NCBI GenBank assembly: GCA_018672235.1
Contig: JABHGE010000007.1
Span: 1-11,475, forward strand
Direction: 5' to 3'
DNA length: 11,475 nt
DNA from: Fidelibacterota bacterium
GTDB taxonomy: Bacteria; Fidelibacterota; Marinisomatia; Marinisomatales; Marinisomataceae
The translations under genes and the position numbers were made by a program. Positions 8,760 through 11,475 of this stretch are shown here, in pieces. Position 1 is the first letter of the stretch. Each line of letters begins with the position of its first letter. A model generated the notes under the pieces. It ran no database searches, was not told the origin of the DNA, and was given only the letters and a program-made list of their open reading frames with translations.

Positions 8760-10361
8760 ATAGAACTACAGTCTAAAATTGCTGGCTTGCCTGCATTACC
8801 CGGTATTTATCAATTCAAAGATAAAACCGATAAGATTATCTATATTGGCAAAGCAAAAGACCTCAAAAAGAGGGTTAAGTCCTATTTCCAAAAAAAGTCA
8901 TACCGCTCGCCTAAAGATCAGTCCCTAATCAATAGAATCATAGATTTTGAATGGATTATTTGTGAAGATGAAGCTGATGCATTTATTACTGAAGCAACAC
9001 TAATTAAAAAATTTAAACCCAAGTATAATGTTCGATTAAAAGACGATAAGTCTTTTCCTTACTTAAAGATTACAAATGAACAATTTCCTCAAATTGATAT
9101 TACGCGAAAAGTCAAAAATGATAAATCGCGTTATTTTGGACCATATACAGACGTAAAGTCAATGCGAAGATTGCTAGATGTATTATATCGAGCCTTTCCA
9201 ATACGTAATTGTTATATCGAACTAAAAGACGGGACAATCATTAAAAAAGGACTAGGGATTCAGACTATATCCGAGTCAGATTATCAAAATATGATTGATG
9301 ATATGATTTTATTTTTAAAAGGAGAAACTAAGGCATTAGAAAAGAAACTGATGAAACAAATGGAATATTTTTCATCAAAGCTTATGTATGAAGATTCTGC
9401 TAGAGTAAGAGACCAAATCAAAGCAATCGGATCATTCAAAAGAGGTCAAAGAAAATTAGAAGCTGATTTTACTAATAGAGATGTTATTGGTATTGAAAGT
9501 AAAGACAATCATCATGTGGTAGTTATTCTACGTATTAGAGAGGGAAGAATATTAAGTAGAGAAAAGATTTCTGTAGATACTAACGATTCTATTGCTGAAA
9601 TATTTCGCTCTATTATTATCAATTTCTATATGAATGCAGCGTATATACCGAATAATATTTATTTATTAGAATTTCCTACAGAACTAGATGAGCTAAAAGA
9701 GTGGCTATCGACAAAAAATAATCGCAAAGTAGAGTTTACAGTTCCTAAGAGAGGTGTAAAGCTCAAAGAATTAAAATTGGCTAATAGAAATGCAAAACTT
9801 CTATTAAATGAGTGGATGTTAAATTTAGCAAAACGAAAAGATTATATTCCGAAGCTATTAAGTGAGCTTCAAGATATTTTAGCTTTATCAAAGCCTCCTA
9901 GACTTATTGAGGCGTTTGATATTTCTCATTTAGGTGGAACAGATACAGTAGCATCAATGGTAGTGTTTAAAGATGGAAGGCCATACAAGAGCGGATATAG
10001 GAAATATAATATTAGTGTTGACCAGATTGATGATTTTGAATCAATGAGAGAGGTCGTATTTCGTCGTTACAAAAGACAGCTTGATGAAGGAAACTCATTG
10101 CCTGACTTAATTCTTATCGATGGAGGAAAAGGGCAATTATCATCTGCAAAACTATCTTTAGATAAATTGAAGTTAGATCTTCCGATTGTAGCTTTAGCAA
10201 AGAGGCTAGAGGAATTATTTATTCCAGGTGAAGCAGAGTCGTTAAGGATTGCAAAAAGTTCTCCAGCATTAAATCTTTTAAAGCAATTAAGAGATGAGGC
10301 ACATCGATTTGCTATTACATTTCAAAGAAGTAAAAGAACGAAAAGGATGTTATCTAAATAA
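8760..10361 (+). CDS. uvrC: Excinuclease ABC subunit C, lacking the Cys-rich motif and the C-terminal HhH domain; start is either ATA 8760 or TTG 8787
   Basis: GIY-YIG domain (PGIYQF...IYIGKAKDLKKRVKSYF, PKYN..LKDDKSFPY), UVR coiled coil (MEYFSSKLMYEDSARVRDQI) and RNase H-like endonuclease (IEAFDISH, DDFESM, PDLILIDGGKGQL, RDEAHRFA). Confidence 0.93.
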   Translation: MELQSKIAGLPALPGIYQFKDKTDKIIYIGKAKDLKKRVKSYFQKKSYRSPKDQSLINRIIDFEWIICEDEADAFITEATLIKKFKPKYNVRLKDDKSFPYLKITNEQFPQIDITRKVKNDKSRYFGPYTDVKSMRRLLDVLYRAFPIRNCYIELKDGTIIKKGLGIQTISESDYQNMIDDMILFLKGETKALEKKLMKQMEYFSSKLMYEDSARVRDQIKAIGSFKRGQRKLEADFTNRDVIGIESKDNHHVVVILRIREGRILSREKISVDTNDSIAEIFRSIIINFYMNAAYIPNNIYLLEFPTELDELKEWLSTKNNRKVEFTVPKRGVKLKELKLANRNAKLLLNEWMLNLAKRKDYIPKLLSELQDILALSKPPRLIEAFDISHLGGTDTVASMVVFKDGRPYKSGYRKYNISVDQIDDFESMREVVFRRYKRQLDEGNSLPDLILIDGGKGQLSSAKLSLDKLKLDLPIVALAKRLEELFIPGEAESLRIAKSSPALNLLKQLRDEAHRFAITFQRSKRTKRMLSK

Positions 10362-11310
10362 GATCCTTTTCTTTCATCCAATCGTCTGAAAGAAACTTTC
10401 TCATATAATTTCGAATACTATCAGGTAGTATTATCAAGCAATTTTGCCCTTTTTTGAGCTCTTTTGCTGCCTCTAGGGCTGCAAACGTTGCAGAGCCGCA
10501 TGAACCTCCGATTAATAGACCTTCTTCGGTTATAAGTGTTCTTGCAGTGCTAAATGCTTCTTTGTCATTTACCTTTACAAATCTATCAACAACTGTTGGA
10601 TCGAATGTCTTTGGAAAGAAGTCATAGCCAATACCTTCAATATGATATGGAGATCCCTTGTATTCATCTTCACCACCTAGGATGGAACCGTAGGGGTCGG
10701 CACCTATAATTTTAATATCTGGAATTGATTCTTTAAGACGTCTTCCAACGCCGGTAATAGTTCCACCAGTTCCTACGCCCATTACCACCATATGTAAATC
10801 AGTTCCAAAGTCATCTAATATTTCTTGAGAAGTATGATTGTAGTGAACATCTGGATTGCAAGGGTTTTCCCATTGGTCTAGAACGTGACTATTTGGAATC
10901 TCTTTATTTAATTTTCTTGCTACACCAAAATTACTATCATCTTCATCGTGAGAAGCTTCTGTCCTCGTACGTATAATTTCTGCGCCTAAGGCTTTAATCG
11001 TTAATTCTTTCTCCATGCTCATTTTTTTTGGCATGCATATAATCAATCGATATCCTTTAACTGCAGCAGCCAGTGCAAGTCCAATACCCGTATTGCCTGA
11101 TGTTGCTTCAATTAAGGTGTCTCCAGGTTTAATCCTTCCAGATTTTTCAGCACAATCAATCATACAAAACGCAGTACGATCTTTCAAAGACCCACCAGGA
11201 TTAAACATTTCAAGCTTTGCATAGAGATTACATTCTAGGTTTGAGCCGACAGAATTAAGTTTTACAATGGGAGTAGAGCCAATAGTTTCAAGGATATTGT
11301 TGTAAATCAT
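10354..11310 (-). CDS. cbs: PLP-dependent cystathionine beta-synthase, catalytic core only (cysteine synthase family)
   Basis: Motifs IGSTPIVKL, FNPGGSLKDR (PLP Lys), TSGNTGIGLA and GTGGTITG. CBS-typical segments DPYGSIL, EGIGYDF and LPDSIRNYMRKFLSDDWM. Confidence 0.85.
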   Translation of the reverse strand: MIYNNILETIGSTPIVKLNSVGSNLECNLYAKLEMFNPGGSLKDRTAFCMIDCAEKSGRIKPGDTLIEATSGNTGIGLALAAAVKGYRLIICMPKKMSMEKELTIKALGAEIIRTRTEASHDEDDSNFGVARKLNKEIPNSHVLDQWENPCNPDVHYNHTSQEILDDFGTDLHMVVMGVGTGGTITGVGRRLKESIPDIKIIGADPYGSILGGEDEYKGSPYHIEGIGYDFFPKTFDPTVVDRFVKVNDKEAFSTARTLITEEGLLIGGSCGSATFAALEAAKELKKGQNCLIILPDSIRNYMRKFLSDDWMKEKDLI

Positions 11311-11321
11311 AGTTTAATATT

Positions 11322-11355
11322 AAAAAAAAAGAGCAGAAGAAGCCCCCTCTTTTTT
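11322..11355 (-). terminator. Intrinsic terminator-like hairpin on the minus strand, ending 11 nt before the cbs start codon
   Basis: Minus strand reads AAAAAAGAGGGGG-CTTC-TTCTGCTC-TTTTTTTTT. The outer AAAAAAGAG/CTCTTTTTT pairing is perfect, the inner stem has G-U pairs and a bulge, and there is a U9 tail. Confidence 0.6.
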
Positions 11356-11391
11356 AAAGAAAGTTAATTGTATGAATAAATCGTTAAAAAA

Positions 11392-11457
11392 TTAGTCAAA
11401 AATATTATCAAATTTATCTATTCCATTGTTAAATGGTTTGCATTTTATTAAACTCAT
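11392..11457 (-). other. 21-codon mini-ORF MSLIKCKPFNNGIDKFDNIFD (possible Hsp20 gene relic or leader peptide)
   Basis: ATG at 11457 and TAA at 11394-11392. It begins 6 nt after the promoter-like motif at 11475-11464, and the frame continues past the stop as FFNDLF. Confidence 0.4.
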
Positions 11458-11463
11458 TTCGTT

Positions 11464-11475
11464 GTAAATTATAAA
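11464..11475 (-). promoter_or_regulatory. Candidate -10 promoter element TTTATAATTTAC
   Basis: Contains a perfect TATAAT and matches the motif at 2395 and 5963 at 10 of 12 positions. The -35 region is outside the window. Confidence 0.5.

Noticed and set aside
11015..11224. 69-aa plus-strand ORF
   Set aside because: It is an antisense shadow of cbs.
1..11475. CRISPR arrays, tandem repeats, transposases, defence systems or an alternative genetic code
   Set aside because: None seen. Nearly all sequence is explained by core genes, TGA serves as a stop (3649-3651) and Trp is encoded by TGG.

Overview
AT-rich (roughly one-third GC, estimated by eye), very compact bacterial housekeeping region using the standard genetic code. 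The + strand carries pgk (5'-truncated by the window edge), tpiA, secG, tRNA-Leu(GAG), a secreted TPR protein, a HAD hydrolase, acpS, murA, trkA, trkH and uvrC. On the - strand, a PLP-dependent cystathionine beta-synthase-like gene converges on uvrC and overlaps its end. Gene content, low GC and tight packing suggest a streamlined FCB-related marine bacterium such as Marinisomatota/SAR406, but this is inference only. No mobile element, CRISPR array or defence system is visible. Most notable observations: (1) UvrC lacks both the Cys4 Fe-S motif and the C-terminal HhH domain and may start at a non-canonical ATA; (2) an unannotated promoter / 21-codon mini-ORF / terminator unit lies upstream of cbs and may be an Hsp20 relic or a leader peptide; (3) a 12-nt motif TTTATAnnTTAC recurs in all three long intergenic regions; (4) the CBS is a eukaryote-like catalytic core only; (5) the HAD phosphatase is archaeal-type.
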